A stretch of DNA of 64,000 bases from Candidatus Solibacter sp. (GCA_035569605.1 DATMMS010000005.1:212990-276989); one strand, 5' to 3'; positions 40,562 to 50,930 are shown, counted from the first letter of the stretch. The notes: generated by a model not told the origin, from the sequence alone. Program-made: numbers and translations.

Positions 40562-41395
40562 ATGAGCCCGCTTATGGTCCGCGTCCTCAGCGCCGCCGTG
40601 CTGGTGGCCGTGCTCCTCAGCTCCCTGGTGGCCGGGCCCACCGTGGCGCTGCCCGTACTCACCATCCTGATCATGGTGGGGACCTGGGAGTACTACGCGA
40701 TCACCAGGCGGATGGGCGTGGCGGCGGCACCGTGGGTGCTCTTCCCGCTGACCCTGGTCCTGCTTTTCCGCTTCCAGATTGACGCCGTCTCGCCGCAGCT
40801 GGTGCCGCTGGCCCTGACCATCGCCATCGGAGCGGGTCTGGCCGTGTACCTCGTCGCCCGGCAGCCGGTGGACGGCATGAGCCGCTGGGCGATGGCGATC
40901 GCCGGCTCTTTGTACATCGGCTGGATGCTGGGCTTCTACTTCGCCCTTTACACCGCGCACGAGCCGGACCCGGCCAGGATCGGGACGGCGCTGTTGCTGG
41001 CGCTCGCAGGCTCGACAGTGCTCGGCGACACCGCCGCGCTGCTGGCCGGCACGCGTTTCGGCCGGCATTCCTTCTTTCCCGGCATCAGCCCCCACAAGAC
41101 GGTCGAAGGTGCGGTCGCCGGGTTCGTGGTCCAGGCCCTGGTCTTCTCATGCCTGGGTTTGCTGGCAGACATCCCTGTGGGTCACGGCGTGGTTCTGGGT
41201 GCGATGGTGGCGCTGGCGGCTCAGGCCGGCGACCTGGTCGAATCGCAGTTCAAGCGCGCCGCCAAGGTCAAGGACGCCGGCAACCTGGTCCCCGGGCACG
41301 GCGGGATGCTCGATCGGATCGACTCCCTGATCCTGATCCCGGCGGTTGCCTACTATTACCTTGAGTTGGTCCTGCACGTGAAGCTCCCCCAGTGA
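40562..41395 (+). CDS. cdsA: phosphatidate cytidylyltransferase
   Basis: Multi-TM protein with a C-terminal CTP-transferase signature region. ATG 40562 was chosen. Earlier in-frame ATGs overlap uppS. Confidence 0.8.
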   Translation: MSPLMVRVLSAAVLVAVLLSSLVAGPTVALPVLTILIMVGTWEYYAITRRMGVAAAPWVLFPLTLVLLFRFQIDAVSPQLVPLALTIAIGAGLAVYLVARQPVDGMSRWAMAIAGSLYIGWMLGFYFALYTAHEPDPARIGTALLLALAGSTVLGDTAALLAGTRFGRHSFFPGISPHKTVEGAVAGFVVQALVFSCLGLLADIPVGHGVVLGAMVALAAQAGDLVESQFKRAAKVKDAGNLVPGHGGMLDRIDSLILIPAVAYYYLELVLHVKLPQ

Positions 41396-42540
41396 AGCAC
41401 CACGGCATCGCGGTCCTGGGAGCCACCGGGTCGATCGGCCGGCAGGTCCTCGAGATAATCGATGAGTTCCCCGATCGCTTCGAGCTGGTCTCCGCCACCG
41501 CCGGCACCGACGTGGTCCGGCTGGCGAAACTGAAGGCCCGCAACTCCAAGCTCTTCGTCGCGGTGGCCAACCTCCCTGAGGGGCGCGGCGCGGCGCCCAA
41601 GGGCATCGAGGTCGGAGAGGAGGCGATCATCCGCGCGGCCACCCACCCCAAGGCTGACCTCGTGGTGGTGGCTATCAGCGGCTTCGCCTCCCTACGGCCG
41701 ACGCTGGCAGCGCTCGAGTCGGACAGAGACATCGCGCTGGCGAGCAAAGAGGCCCTGGTGGTGGCGGGCGAGCTGGTCATGGGCGCGGCGCGGACCCGCG
41801 GCCGCTGGGTCCTGCCCATCGACAGCGAGCACTCGGCCATCTGGCAGTGTCGCTGGGGGGAGGACCTGACCACCATCAGCGGCATCACTCTGACAGGCTC
41901 CGGCGGTCCCTTTCGCAAGCTGCCCCTGGAGAAGCTCCGCGACGTCACCGTGGCGGACGCCCTCAAGCACCCGACCTGGAAGATGGGCCCCAAGATCACG
42001 ATCGACTCCGCGACGATGATGAACAAGGCGCTCGAGGTGATCGAGCTGCACCACCTCTTCGACATCCCCTACGACCAGATCAAGGTTGTGATACACCCGC
42101 AGTCGATCGTGCACAGCCTGGTCGACTTCGTCGACGGCTCGACCAAGGCGCAACTTGGGTTGCCGGACATGCGGGTACCGATTTCGATCACGCTCGGATA
42201 TCCCGAACGACTTTTCCGCCATCCCGAGCCGCTGCGGTTGGAGGAGGTCGGCCGGCTCGACTTCCAACCGCCAGACCCCAAGCGCTACCCCGCCATCCAG
42301 CTCGGCCTTGACGCCGGCCGGAAGGGGCAGACGTACCCGGCCGTCCTCAATGGGGCCAATGAGGCCGCGGTCCAGCTCTTCGTCGAGGGCTCGATCAGCT
42401 TCGACCGGATCGTTCCCCTGGTTGCGGATACGCTTGAAGCCCACACCCCGCAGCCGGCCGATTCGCTGGACTCCCTGGTGGAGGTCGATGCCTGGGCCCG
42501 GGAGTGGGCCAGGAACAAGGCGGGGGCGGTTACGGTCTAA
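41392..42540 (+). CDS. dxr: 1-deoxy-D-xylulose 5-phosphate reductoisomerase
   Basis: GATGSIGRQ NADPH-binding motif and the Dxr core. Confidence 0.9.
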   Translation: MKHHGIAVLGATGSIGRQVLEIIDEFPDRFELVSATAGTDVVRLAKLKARNSKLFVAVANLPEGRGAAPKGIEVGEEAIIRAATHPKADLVVVAISGFASLRPTLAALESDRDIALASKEALVVAGELVMGAARTRGRWVLPIDSEHSAIWQCRWGEDLTTISGITLTGSGGPFRKLPLEKLRDVTVADALKHPTWKMGPKITIDSATMMNKALEVIELHHLFDIPYDQIKVVIHPQSIVHSLVDFVDGSTKAQLGLPDMRVPISITLGYPERLFRHPEPLRLEEVGRLDFQPPDPKRYPAIQLGLDAGRKGQTYPAVLNGANEAAVQLFVEGSISFDRIVPLVADTLEAHTPQPADSLDSLVEVDAWAREWARNKAGAVTV

Positions 42541-42563
42541 CCCTTGAGGCACAGCGTCCTGAA

Positions 42564-43622
42564 TTGAATCTGCTCGTCGTCATCGCGGTCGTGCTCGTGT
42601 TCGGCTTCCTGGTCACCTTCCACGAATTCGGGCACTACCTGCTTGCCAAGCTCAACGGGGTGCGCGTCCTCGAATTCAATGTTGGCTTCGGGGCCCCGCT
42701 GGTCCAGAAGACGTGGGGGGAGACCACCTACGGGATTCGGTCGATCCCGCTGGGCGGCTACGTGCGGTTGGCCGGGATGGATGACGGCGAAACCGGGCCG
42801 CGGAGCTTTACCCAGAAGCCCGTGTGGCGGCGGCTGACGATCATCGTGGCGGGATCATTCGCGAACCTGATATTGCCGATCGCGATCTTCTTCGTGATCT
42901 ACGTGATCCAGTCCGGTGGGCCGGTCACGGTGCAGGAGCTGGTCGTGGGAGCCCCTGCTCAGCGCTCCGGGGTCCAGGCCGGCGACCAGCTGGTGGCGAT
43001 CAACGGCCACCCGATCAATTCGGTCTACGACCTCAGGGACCAGGTCAACGCTTCAGCGGGGAACCCGGTGGTGCTCAAGTTCGGTCCGCCCGGGAAGCCC
43101 TCCCGCGAGATCGCCATCGAACCCGTCAGGCAGGGTGGTCGATGGTTGATCGGCGTCTCGCCCAGCGGTGGTGCGATTGACCCGGTCCATGGCCTGGGCG
43201 ACGCCGCACACCAGGACTGGCAGTTCATCACGGCCACGCTGGGCGGCTTCGCCATGCTCGTCAGCGGCGCCATCCCGGGAGGCCTGGGTGGGAGTTGCGG
43301 GCCCTCGGGGCCAATCGGGATCGTGCGCGCCACCGCCGAGGCGGCATCAGCAGGCTGGCTCAACCTGCTCTTCTTCGCCGCCTTCCTCTCTGTGAACCTC
43401 GGTATTCTCAATTTGCTGCCGCTGCCGGCCCTCGACGGTGGGCGGTTGGCGTTCCTGGTCATCGAGGGCGTTCGCCGTCGAGCCATCGACCCTCTGAAGG
43501 AGCAAAGAGTGCACTACGCCGGGCTGGTCGTCCTGCTGGCGTTCGTCGTCTTCGTCAGCTACAACGACATCGTTCGCCTGGGCACCCCGTTCGGCTCCTT
43601 GCTGAGCCAGTGCGGCGGATGA
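42564..43622 (+). CDS. rseP: RIP metalloprotease RseP (site-2 protease) with PDZ domain
   Basis: HEFGHYLLA zinc motif in the first TM segment and a PDZ region. TTG 42564 was chosen. The tool's start overlaps dxr. Confidence 0.8.
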   Translation: MNLLVVIAVVLVFGFLVTFHEFGHYLLAKLNGVRVLEFNVGFGAPLVQKTWGETTYGIRSIPLGGYVRLAGMDDGETGPRSFTQKPVWRRLTIIVAGSFANLILPIAIFFVIYVIQSGGPVTVQELVVGAPAQRSGVQAGDQLVAINGHPINSVYDLRDQVNASAGNPVVLKFGPPGKPSREIAIEPVRQGGRWLIGVSPSGGAIDPVHGLGDAAHQDWQFITATLGGFAMLVSGAIPGGLGGSCGPSGPIGIVRATAEAASAGWLNLLFFAAFLSVNLGILNLLPLPALDGGRLAFLVIEGVRRRAIDPLKEQRVHYAGLVVLLAFVVFVSYNDIVRLGTPFGSLLSQCGG

Positions 43623-44905
43623 GCGACGAGCTGCGGGTGCTGCCGCCACAGCACGAGACCGGCGAGATCATGGCCATCACCGGGCTGCGTCCGCGCCGCC
43701 ACACCGCGCCGGTCCGCGTCGGCGACGTGATCATCGGTGGCGCCGCTCCGATCGCGGTGCAGTCGATGACCAAAACCGACACCCGCGATGTCAAGGGAAC
43801 AGTGGACCAGATCGCACGCATGGCCGACGCCGGCGCCGACATCGTCCGGGTCACCTGCAACAACCGCGAGGCGGGCGAGGCCATGGTCGACATCGTCAAG
43901 CAGTCGCGGCTGCCCATCATCGCCGACATCCACTTCGATCACCGGCTGGCGCTGGCCGCGCTGGCCGCGGGAGTCCAGGGGTTGCGCCTGAACCCCGGCA
44001 ACATCCGGGACCACGACAAGGTGGTCGAGGTGGTGCGGGGCGCCAAGGAGCGAGAGATCAGCATCCGGATCGGGGTCAACGCCGGCTCTTTGCCGCCCGA
44101 CGAGATGACCGGCGCCGGATATGGCGGCCGCGAGGCGGTCGAGAAGACCCAGGCCGCCGAGGCTCGCAAGGAACTCGTCGGCGAGGGCGACGAGGACGGA
44201 ATCGAGGACCTGATGCAGCTCGAGACGGCCCCGCCGCGGCCCCCGGAAGAAACCGCCGAGCGGATGGTCCGGGCGGCCGTCGGCCACATCAAGATCCTCG
44301 AAGCCAACGACTTCGGCATGGGGATGATCAAGGTCAGCCTCAAGGCTTCGGACGTGCCGACGACCCTGCTCGCCAACCGCAAGTTCGCCGAGCTGGGCAA
44401 TCCCTACCCGCTGCACCTCGGGTTGACCGAGGCGGGGCCGCCGCCGGCGGGGACGATCAAGAGCTCGGTGGCACTGGGGACGCTGCTTGGCGAGGGCATC
44501 GGCGACACCATCCGGGTCAGCCTCACGGCCGACCCGGTCGACGAGATCCTCTGCGGCAAGGAGATCATCAAGTCGCTCTCCGCCCACCCCATCGGCCCCA
44601 ACCTGGTCGCCTGTCCGACCTGCGGGCGGCTGGAGATCGACCTCTTCGCCATGACCAAGGCCATCGAGCCCTACATGGCCAAGATCAAGCGCTCGATCAC
44701 GGTGTCGGTGATGGGCTGCGTCGTCAACGGGCCGGGGGAGGGGGCCCACGCCGACATCGGCATCGCCGGCGGCAAGGGCCGCGGCATTCTCTACAAGAAG
44801 GGCCAGGTGGTCAACTCGATGGACGAGGCCGAGCTGCTGCCCGCGATCATCGAGGAGCTCGAGAAGATCGCCGCCGAGGACGCCGCCGCCGCGCTGACCG
44901 TCTAG
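43619..44905 (+). CDS. ispG: 4-hydroxy-3-methylbut-2-en-1-yl diphosphate synthase (flavodoxin)
   Basis: TIM-barrel N-domain and a C-terminal 4Fe-4S domain (CPTCGR...GCVVNGPGE). ATGA overlap with the rseP stop. Confidence 0.9.
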   Translation: MSDELRVLPPQHETGEIMAITGLRPRRHTAPVRVGDVIIGGAAPIAVQSMTKTDTRDVKGTVDQIARMADAGADIVRVTCNNREAGEAMVDIVKQSRLPIIADIHFDHRLALAALAAGVQGLRLNPGNIRDHDKVVEVVRGAKEREISIRIGVNAGSLPPDEMTGAGYGGREAVEKTQAAEARKELVGEGDEDGIEDLMQLETAPPRPPEETAERMVRAAVGHIKILEANDFGMGMIKVSLKASDVPTTLLANRKFAELGNPYPLHLGLTEAGPPPAGTIKSSVALGTLLGEGIGDTIRVSLTADPVDEILCGKEIIKSLSAHPIGPNLVACPTCGRLEIDLFAMTKAIEPYMAKIKRSITVSVMGCVVNGPGEGAHADIGIAGGKGRGILYKKGQVVNSMDEAELLPAIIEELEKIAAEDAAAALTV

Positions 44906-44931
44906 GCGGATTGTTACCGAGCTGAGGTCGG

Positions 44932-45213
44932 TTGTTGGCCTCGCCGGTTCCACCGAGGCGTAGAGTCGGGGGACCGATGCAGGCCTGGATCATGCTGATC
45001 ATCCCCGTATTCATGGGCGCCTACGGGTTGGCGCTGCTCTTCAACCTGTTCGGCCAGGCCAGTTCGATGGCCGAGTTCTATCGCGGGCGGGATGACTGGT
45101 ATCCGATCCTGGATGGCGACAAGACCTCGACGCATCGGTTCGCGGGTTGGAGCATGTTGAGCTTCGCCGTGACTCTGACGTTCCTCTTCTGGAGGACCGG
45201 TCTGCTCCTATAG
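44932..45213 (+). CDS. hypothetical small membrane protein
   Basis: ORF with two hydrophobic helices. No recognisable family. Confidence 0.35.
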   Translation: MLASPVPPRRRVGGPMQAWIMLIIPVFMGAYGLALLFNLFGQASSMAEFYRGRDDWYPILDGDKTSTHRFAGWSMLSFAVTLTFLFWRTGLLL

Positions 45214-45304
45214 CTCGGACCGAGGCCGCGGCTGCCCGGTCAGGACACCCGCGCTCCGGCCCCATATCGGAGGCCAGCGCGGCGGCCGCTAAGCTAGTGC
45301 CACC

Positions 45305-46783
45305 ATGACCGCCGACGAGTCGCGCCCCGACGAGGACGCCGAAAAGCCCCAGCCCGAGTACGTCGAACACATCACCAAGAAGTCCGAGGACTTCGCCCAG
45401 TGGTACACCGACGTTGTCCGCAAGGCCGAGCTTGCGGACTACACCCCGGTCCGTGGATGCATGGTGATCCGGCCCTACGGGTTCGCGCTGTGGGAGAACA
45501 TCCGGGATGCCCTCGACGGCATGATCAAGGCCACCGGCCACTCCAACATGTACTTCCCGCTGCTGATCCCGGAGTCGCTCTTCTTCAAGGAGGCGGAGCA
45601 CGTCGAGGGCTTCGCGCCCGAAGTCGCCTGGGTCACCCAGGGCGGTGACAAAAAGCTCGAGGAGCGGCTGGCCATCCGGCCCACCAGCGAGACCATCATC
45701 GGCACCCTTTACAAGAAGTGGATCCGCAGCCACCGGGACCTGCCGGTGCTGATCAACCAGTGGGCCAACGTGATGCGGTGGGAGATGCGCACCCGGCTCT
45801 TCCTGCGCACCGCCGAGTTTTTATGGCAGGAGGGCCACACCTTCCACGCCACCGACCAGGAGGCGATCGAGGAAGTCGACAAGATGCTGGAGTGCTACCG
45901 CGTGCTGGCGGAGGACTGGCTCGCGATGCCGGTTTTCAAGGGTCAGAAGACCGAGGCCGAGAAATTCGCCGGGGCCAACTACACGATGTCGATCGAAGCG
46001 TTGATGTCCGACGGCAAGGCGCTCCAGTCGGGCACCAGCCATCACCTGGGGCAGAACTTCACCAAGGCCTACGACATCACCTACGCCGACCGGGAGAACC
46101 AGCGCAGCTACCCATACGGGACTAGCTGGGGGCTGTCGACGCGGGTGATCGGCGGGCTGATCATGTGCCACGGCGACGACGCGGGCCTGATCATGCCGCC
46201 GCGGGTGGCGCCGATCCAGGTTGTGATCATCCCCATATATCGAGGCGATGAGCAGAAGGCGATGGTCGACGCCGCGGTCGCGGAGTTCAAGTCAGCTCTT
46301 GGCGGGATCCGGGTCCACGTCGACGACCGCGATGAGAAGCCGGGCTACAAGTACAACGACTGGGAGCTACGGGGCGTGCCGCTTCGGGTGGAGCTCGGGC
46401 CGCGGGACATCGAGGCCGGGCAGGCGGTGGTGGTCGACCGGATCGACCGCGAGAAGACCCCGGTGCCGATCGGCGAGCTGCCCGCCCGCCTGGCGGACAT
46501 GCTGGAGCGATTCCACGTTCGCCTTTTCGAGCGAGCGGTGGCGATACGCGATTCCTTCACCGTCGAGGTGGGCAGCCGGGCGGATCTCGACGCCGCCTAT
46601 GCCGATGGCAAGCAGGCGCTGGCCCATGGTCCGTGGTGCGGTGACGGCGAATGCGAGGCCGAGATCCAGGCGACCACCCATGGCGTCACCATCCGCGGGA
46701 TCGTCAGCAACGAAGCCTCCGGGCCGTGTGCCGGCTGCGGGAAGCCAGGGAAGCACACCGTCTACTGGGCGCGGGCGTATTAG
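45305..46783 (+). CDS. proS: proline--tRNA ligase, archaeal/eukaryotic-type (no editing insertion)
   Basis: Class II aaRS motifs and the archaeal-type architecture, with a C-terminal zinc-binding domain. Confidence 0.9.
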   Translation: MTADESRPDEDAEKPQPEYVEHITKKSEDFAQWYTDVVRKAELADYTPVRGCMVIRPYGFALWENIRDALDGMIKATGHSNMYFPLLIPESLFFKEAEHVEGFAPEVAWVTQGGDKKLEERLAIRPTSETIIGTLYKKWIRSHRDLPVLINQWANVMRWEMRTRLFLRTAEFLWQEGHTFHATDQEAIEEVDKMLECYRVLAEDWLAMPVFKGQKTEAEKFAGANYTMSIEALMSDGKALQSGTSHHLGQNFTKAYDITYADRENQRSYPYGTSWGLSTRVIGGLIMCHGDDAGLIMPPRVAPIQVVIIPIYRGDEQKAMVDAAVAEFKSALGGIRVHVDDRDEKPGYKYNDWELRGVPLRVELGPRDIEAGQAVVVDRIDREKTPVPIGELPARLADMLERFHVRLFERAVAIRDSFTVEVGSRADLDAAYADGKQALAHGPWCGDGECEAEIQATTHGVTIRGIVSNEASGPCAGCGKPGKHTVYWARAY

Positions 46784-46897
46784 GCGCCGGCTTCAAGACG
46801 GCTGATCCGATCAGGGCGTGTCCAATCGCCGCCCTTATCCTCGCCCCGGCTCGGCGCCCCACGTCGCCTCCCCGCCCCCCAGCGCTCGTCGTTGCCC

Positions 46898-48055
46898 CTA
46901 GGGCGGAATAGCGACCAGCTGGTCGCCGTCGCCACGCACCAACCGCCAACCGCCCTCATGGACCATCGGATGGTGCACATGGCACATCAGACGAAGGTCC
47001 GCCCGGCGCGTGCGACCACCGTTGATCCAGTCGTCGAGGTGGTGCACGTCACACCATTCGGTGGGACGGTCGCATCCTGGGAATTGGCAATGTTTGTCGG
47101 CAAGCACTACGGCACGGCGCAGAGCCGGCGACGCGGTGCGCATCGTGCGCCCGAAATCGAGCGGATCGCCGGCTTCGTCGACAAGCATCGGGGTCAGTGC
47201 GGCGTCACATGCGATCCGTCGCACCATCTCGGGTGGAACCGGAAAACGTCCGAGCATCTCACCGGCAGGCGCATCAGGATCCCCGCGGAGGGTCTCCAGC
47301 GTTGCCGTCACCGTCAAATGCGGCCGCTGGCCGCCGATGCTTCGGACTTCATCGGTGCCTTCGAGGACACGCCGCGTGAGGTCGAGTAGGCCGTCGGCTC
47401 GGCGCTGGCTCGGGGTGCGATGGTCGTCCTTGGTCCGCGGTCCGAGCACCGCGTCAAGCGCCGTACAGAAATACGCGCCACCTTCCTGGTCCAAACGCCC
47501 ATCGACGATCCACATCCCATCGGGGCCCTGTCCAAGGTCAAGCCGCCGCCTATCGTGCGCGCGCGTGTGATCCGCCAGGAAGGCCTCCTGGTTGAGCTCG
47601 CAAGCAAGCCGTTCTGTGAACTGGCGCAGCCTGGTCGGATCCAGCTCGCGCGCAGCCGCGACCGCCTGCAACTCCAACTCCGCCGCACACTCCGATCCGA
47701 CCCCCTCCGCAGCCCGGGCGACGACCGCCGCCTGCCCGAAGCTGAGCTCACCGTTCGCGAACGCCCTGGCCATGACAGGCAGATCCGCCAGCTTCGTGGC
47801 GACCTTGACCCGCTCCGCGGCGGCCCCGCCCGAGAGGCGGCCGTGCTGCCGCAACCAGCTGATCGAATCCACCGCCCCCGACACCTCGAAGGCGCGCATC
47901 GAATCGAAGCGTGCCAGCCTGCCACTGAAATCGGCCTCGAGGCGATCGATGGCTCGTCGCTCTTCGCCAAGCGACGCGCCCAGTTCGGCGCCGGTCAGCC
48001 CGGCCAGATCCTCATTCTCGAACGCCCGGAGCCCCATCTCCATAACCGAACGCAT
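46898..48055 (-). CDS. DUF222 domain protein with C-terminal HNH endonuclease motif (13E12-repeat-type)
   Basis: C-terminal motif CQFPGCDRPTEWCDVHHLDDW...GGRTRRADLRLMCHVHH. The N-terminal DUF222-like region is typical of actinobacterial 13E12 proteins. Confidence 0.8.
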   Translation of the reverse strand: MRSVMEMGLRAFENEDLAGLTGAELGASLGEERRAIDRLEADFSGRLARFDSMRAFEVSGAVDSISWLRQHGRLSGGAAAERVKVATKLADLPVMARAFANGELSFGQAAVVARAAEGVGSECAAELELQAVAAARELDPTRLRQFTERLACELNQEAFLADHTRAHDRRRLDLGQGPDGMWIVDGRLDQEGGAYFCTALDAVLGPRTKDDHRTPSQRRADGLLDLTRRVLEGTDEVRSIGGQRPHLTVTATLETLRGDPDAPAGEMLGRFPVPPEMVRRIACDAALTPMLVDEAGDPLDFGRTMRTASPALRRAVVLADKHCQFPGCDRPTEWCDVHHLDDWINGGRTRRADLRLMCHVHHPMVHEGGWRLVRGDGDQLVAIPP

Positions 48056-48197
48056 GTTCGAATTATACTACACCAGTGTGTAACTAGGGTTCCAGGCCCT
48101 CCGGCTTCGGTCCAGCCACGGACCCCGGGCGTGACTGCCGCACACGCTCCGAGACTTATCCAGCGCCGCTGGCGGCCGACGAACTCCAAGAGCAGGT

Positions 48198-50360
48198 TTG
48201 AGCCGCCCCCTCGCGGCCGATAATCCAAACATGCAGTTCACCGATCTGGTCAAGAAGGCCGACTACCTCAACGAGAAGGACCTCGCCCTCCTGACCAAGG
48301 CTTACGAGACCGCCGCCAGGGCGCACCTCGACCAGAACCGGCTGTCCGGCGAGAAGTACATCCAGCACCCGCTCAACGTCGCCGACATCCTGGCCGACCT
48401 GCGACTGGACGCCGAGACGCTGGCGACGGCGATCCTGCACGACGTCGTGGAGGACACCAACATCACGTCGGCCGACCTCCAAAAGGAGTTCGGCAAGGAC
48501 ATCGCCAAGCTCGTCGCGGGCGTCACCAAGCTCGACAAGATCTCGATGTACTCCGCCGAGCAGGTGCAGGCCGAGAACATCCGCAAGATGCTGGTGGCGA
48601 TGGCCGAGGACATCCGCGTGGTGCTGGTCAAGCTCGCCGATCGGCTCCACAACATGCGCACCGTCGAAGCGCTGCCGGAGGCGAGGCGAGTGCGGATGGC
48701 CCGCGAGACGATGGACATCTACGCGCCCCTGGCCCACAGGCTGGGCATCTGGCAGGTCAAATGGGAGCTCGAGGACCTGGCCTTCAGCCAGATCGACCCG
48801 CAGGCGTACGCCGAGATCGTCAGCCTGGTCAAGGGCAAGCGCAAGGAGCGGGAGGCGTTCGTCGCCGAGATCAGCGAGATCCTCGAGCGAGAGCTGGAGC
48901 GTGTCGGCATCCACGCAGAGATCAGCGGCCGCCCCAAGCACGTCTATTCGATCTGGAAGAAGCTCGACTCCACCGGCAAGGCCTTCGAAGACATCTACGA
49001 CCTGATCGCGATCAGGGTCTCGGTCGACTCGATCAAGGACTGCTACGGCGTGCTCGGCGTCATCCATTCGCTCTGGAAGCCCGTTCCGGGGCGGTTCAAG
49101 GACTACATCGCGATGCCGAAGTCCAACGGCTACCAGTCCCTGCACACCACCCTGGTGTCCCATTCCGGCGAGCCCATGGAGATCCAGATCCGCACCCACG
49201 AGATGCACGAGACCGCCGAGGTCGGGGTGGCGGCGCACTGGCACTACAAGGAGGGCGGCAAGGGCGACTCCAAGACCGACGAGAAGTTCGGCTGGTTGCG
49301 GCTGCTGATGGAGTGGCAGAAGGACGTGCTCGACGCCGAGAACTTCGTCGACCACGTCAAGGTCGATATCTTCCAGGAGGAGGTTTTCGTCTTCACCCCG
49401 CGCGGTGAGGTGCGCAGCCTGCCGGCGGGAAGCACTCCGATCGACTTCGCCTACCGGATCCACACCGAGGTCGGTCACCACTGCATCGGCGCCAAGGTCA
49501 ACGGCCGGATGGCCAGCCTCGACACCCGGCTCGAGAACGGCGACATCGTCGAGATCCTCACCACCAAGTCGGCGCACGGGCCGAGCCGGGACTGGCTGAC
49601 CTTCGCCAAGAGCTCATCGGCGAGGGAAAAGATCCGCCAGTGGTTCAAGAAGGAGCGCCGCGACGAGAACATCGTCCGGGGCAAGGAGCTGCTGGAGAAG
49701 GAGCTGCGCCGGATCCAGCGCCGCGGCCTCAGCGACGTCAGTGACAAGATGCTGCTGGCGGTCGCCGGCGACTTCCAGTACCAGGAGCTCGACGACTTTT
49801 TCGCCGCCGTCGGCTACGGCGACATCAGCACCCAGTCGGCGCTGCTCAAGCTGGTGGCCAAGGAGCCTCCGCCGGACACCCCGCTCACGCCGCTGCCGCC
49901 GACGCCAAGGCAGTCGCTCAGCGGCAACGTCAAGGTGCATGGCCATCGCGGCCTGATGACCAGCCTGGCGCAGTGCTGCAAGCCGGTCCCTGGCGATCTC
50001 ATCAAGGGCTACATCACGCGCGGCAAGGGTGTCACCGTGCACCGTGAAGACTGCGTCAACATCCGCCACGCCCAGCACGCGGACCGTGTCGTCGAGGTCG
50101 AGTGGGACCTCGCCGCTCGCGAGATGTTCCCGGTCCAGCTCAAGATCGAGGCCTGGGACCGCACCGGTCTGCTCCGCGACATCGCCACCGTGATTGCCGA
50201 CCAGAAGACCAACCTGACCGGGGTTGAGGTGCAGGTCTACGACGACAAGACGGCGGTGATCTCCGCCGGCGTCGAGGTCGCCAGCCTGACCGACCTGTCG
50301 CGGCTGCTGGAGCGAATCGAGTCGGTCAAGGACGTCCACTCAGTGGCCCGCGACACCTGA
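48198..50360 (+). CDS. relA: bifunctional (p)ppGpp synthetase/hydrolase RelA/SpoT
   Basis: HD hydrolase domain, RelA/SpoT synthetase domain, and TGS and ACT C-terminal domains. Confidence 0.9.
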   Translation: MSRPLAADNPNMQFTDLVKKADYLNEKDLALLTKAYETAARAHLDQNRLSGEKYIQHPLNVADILADLRLDAETLATAILHDVVEDTNITSADLQKEFGKDIAKLVAGVTKLDKISMYSAEQVQAENIRKMLVAMAEDIRVVLVKLADRLHNMRTVEALPEARRVRMARETMDIYAPLAHRLGIWQVKWELEDLAFSQIDPQAYAEIVSLVKGKRKEREAFVAEISEILERELERVGIHAEISGRPKHVYSIWKKLDSTGKAFEDIYDLIAIRVSVDSIKDCYGVLGVIHSLWKPVPGRFKDYIAMPKSNGYQSLHTTLVSHSGEPMEIQIRTHEMHETAEVGVAAHWHYKEGGKGDSKTDEKFGWLRLLMEWQKDVLDAENFVDHVKVDIFQEEVFVFTPRGEVRSLPAGSTPIDFAYRIHTEVGHHCIGAKVNGRMASLDTRLENGDIVEILTTKSAHGPSRDWLTFAKSSSAREKIRQWFKKERRDENIVRGKELLEKELRRIQRRGLSDVSDKMLLAVAGDFQYQELDDFFAAVGYGDISTQSALLKLVAKEPPPDTPLTPLPPTPRQSLSGNVKVHGHRGLMTSLAQCCKPVPGDLIKGYITRGKGVTVHREDCVNIRHAQHADRVVEVEWDLAAREMFPVQLKIEAWDRTGLLRDIATVIADQKTNLTGVEVQVYDDKTAVISAGVEVASLTDLSRLLERIESVKDVHSVARDT

Positions 50361-50395
50361 CGGGCCGGCACCAAGGGCAATAAGGCGACCAGCTG

Positions 50396-50878
50396 TTGGC
50401 GGTCCGGCGATTCGGAGCTCGAGTGCTGCTTCTGGACCGCGACGACCGTATCCTCCTCTTCCGCCTGGAGAACCCCAAGACTGGCAATACCTGGTGGGCG
50501 ACTCCCGGCGGGGGCGTCGAGAAAAGGGAGAGCAGCGTGGACGCGGCCCGGCGGGAGCTCCGCGAGGAGACCGGTATCGACGCGGCCGAGCTGGTCGGCC
50601 CGATCTGGGTGGACGACCACTGGTTTCGAGGCGCAACCGACCTCATCCATCAACAGGACCGCTACTTCCACGCCCGCGTCGACAAGACCGATGTCGACAC
50701 CGGCGGGTTGGACGGAATCGAGTCAGAGGTGATGGTCGAGCATCGGTGGTGGGCCCTGGCCGACCTCGACGTCACATCCGAGCGCGTCTACCCGGTTGGG
50801 CTGGCCGGCCACGTCCGCCGGCTGCTGCGGGACGGACCACCGGAGAAGCCGCAGCCGCTGCCGCGACCCAAGGCCTGA
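50396..50878 (+). CDS. NUDIX hydrolase
   Basis: Nudix box GGGVEKRESSVDAARRELREETGI. Confidence 0.8.
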   Translation: MAVRRFGARVLLLDRDDRILLFRLENPKTGNTWWATPGGGVEKRESSVDAARRELREETGIDAAELVGPIWVDDHWFRGATDLIHQQDRYFHARVDKTDVDTGGLDGIESEVMVEHRWWALADLDVTSERVYPVGLAGHVRRLLRDGPPEKPQPLPRPKA

Positions 50879-50930
50879 GCCCCGCCGGCCCAAAACCGGT
50901 TAGCATGCTCGACCAAAAGGAGGGCTGCGG

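Noticed and set aside
48056-48197. Structured ncRNA (SRP RNA, 6S or another small RNA) in the 142-nt HNH/relA divergent intergenic region
   Set aside because: No match to the conserved SRP RNA helix-8 sequence or other motifs I know. It is more simply a divergent promoter region with an AT-rich patch.
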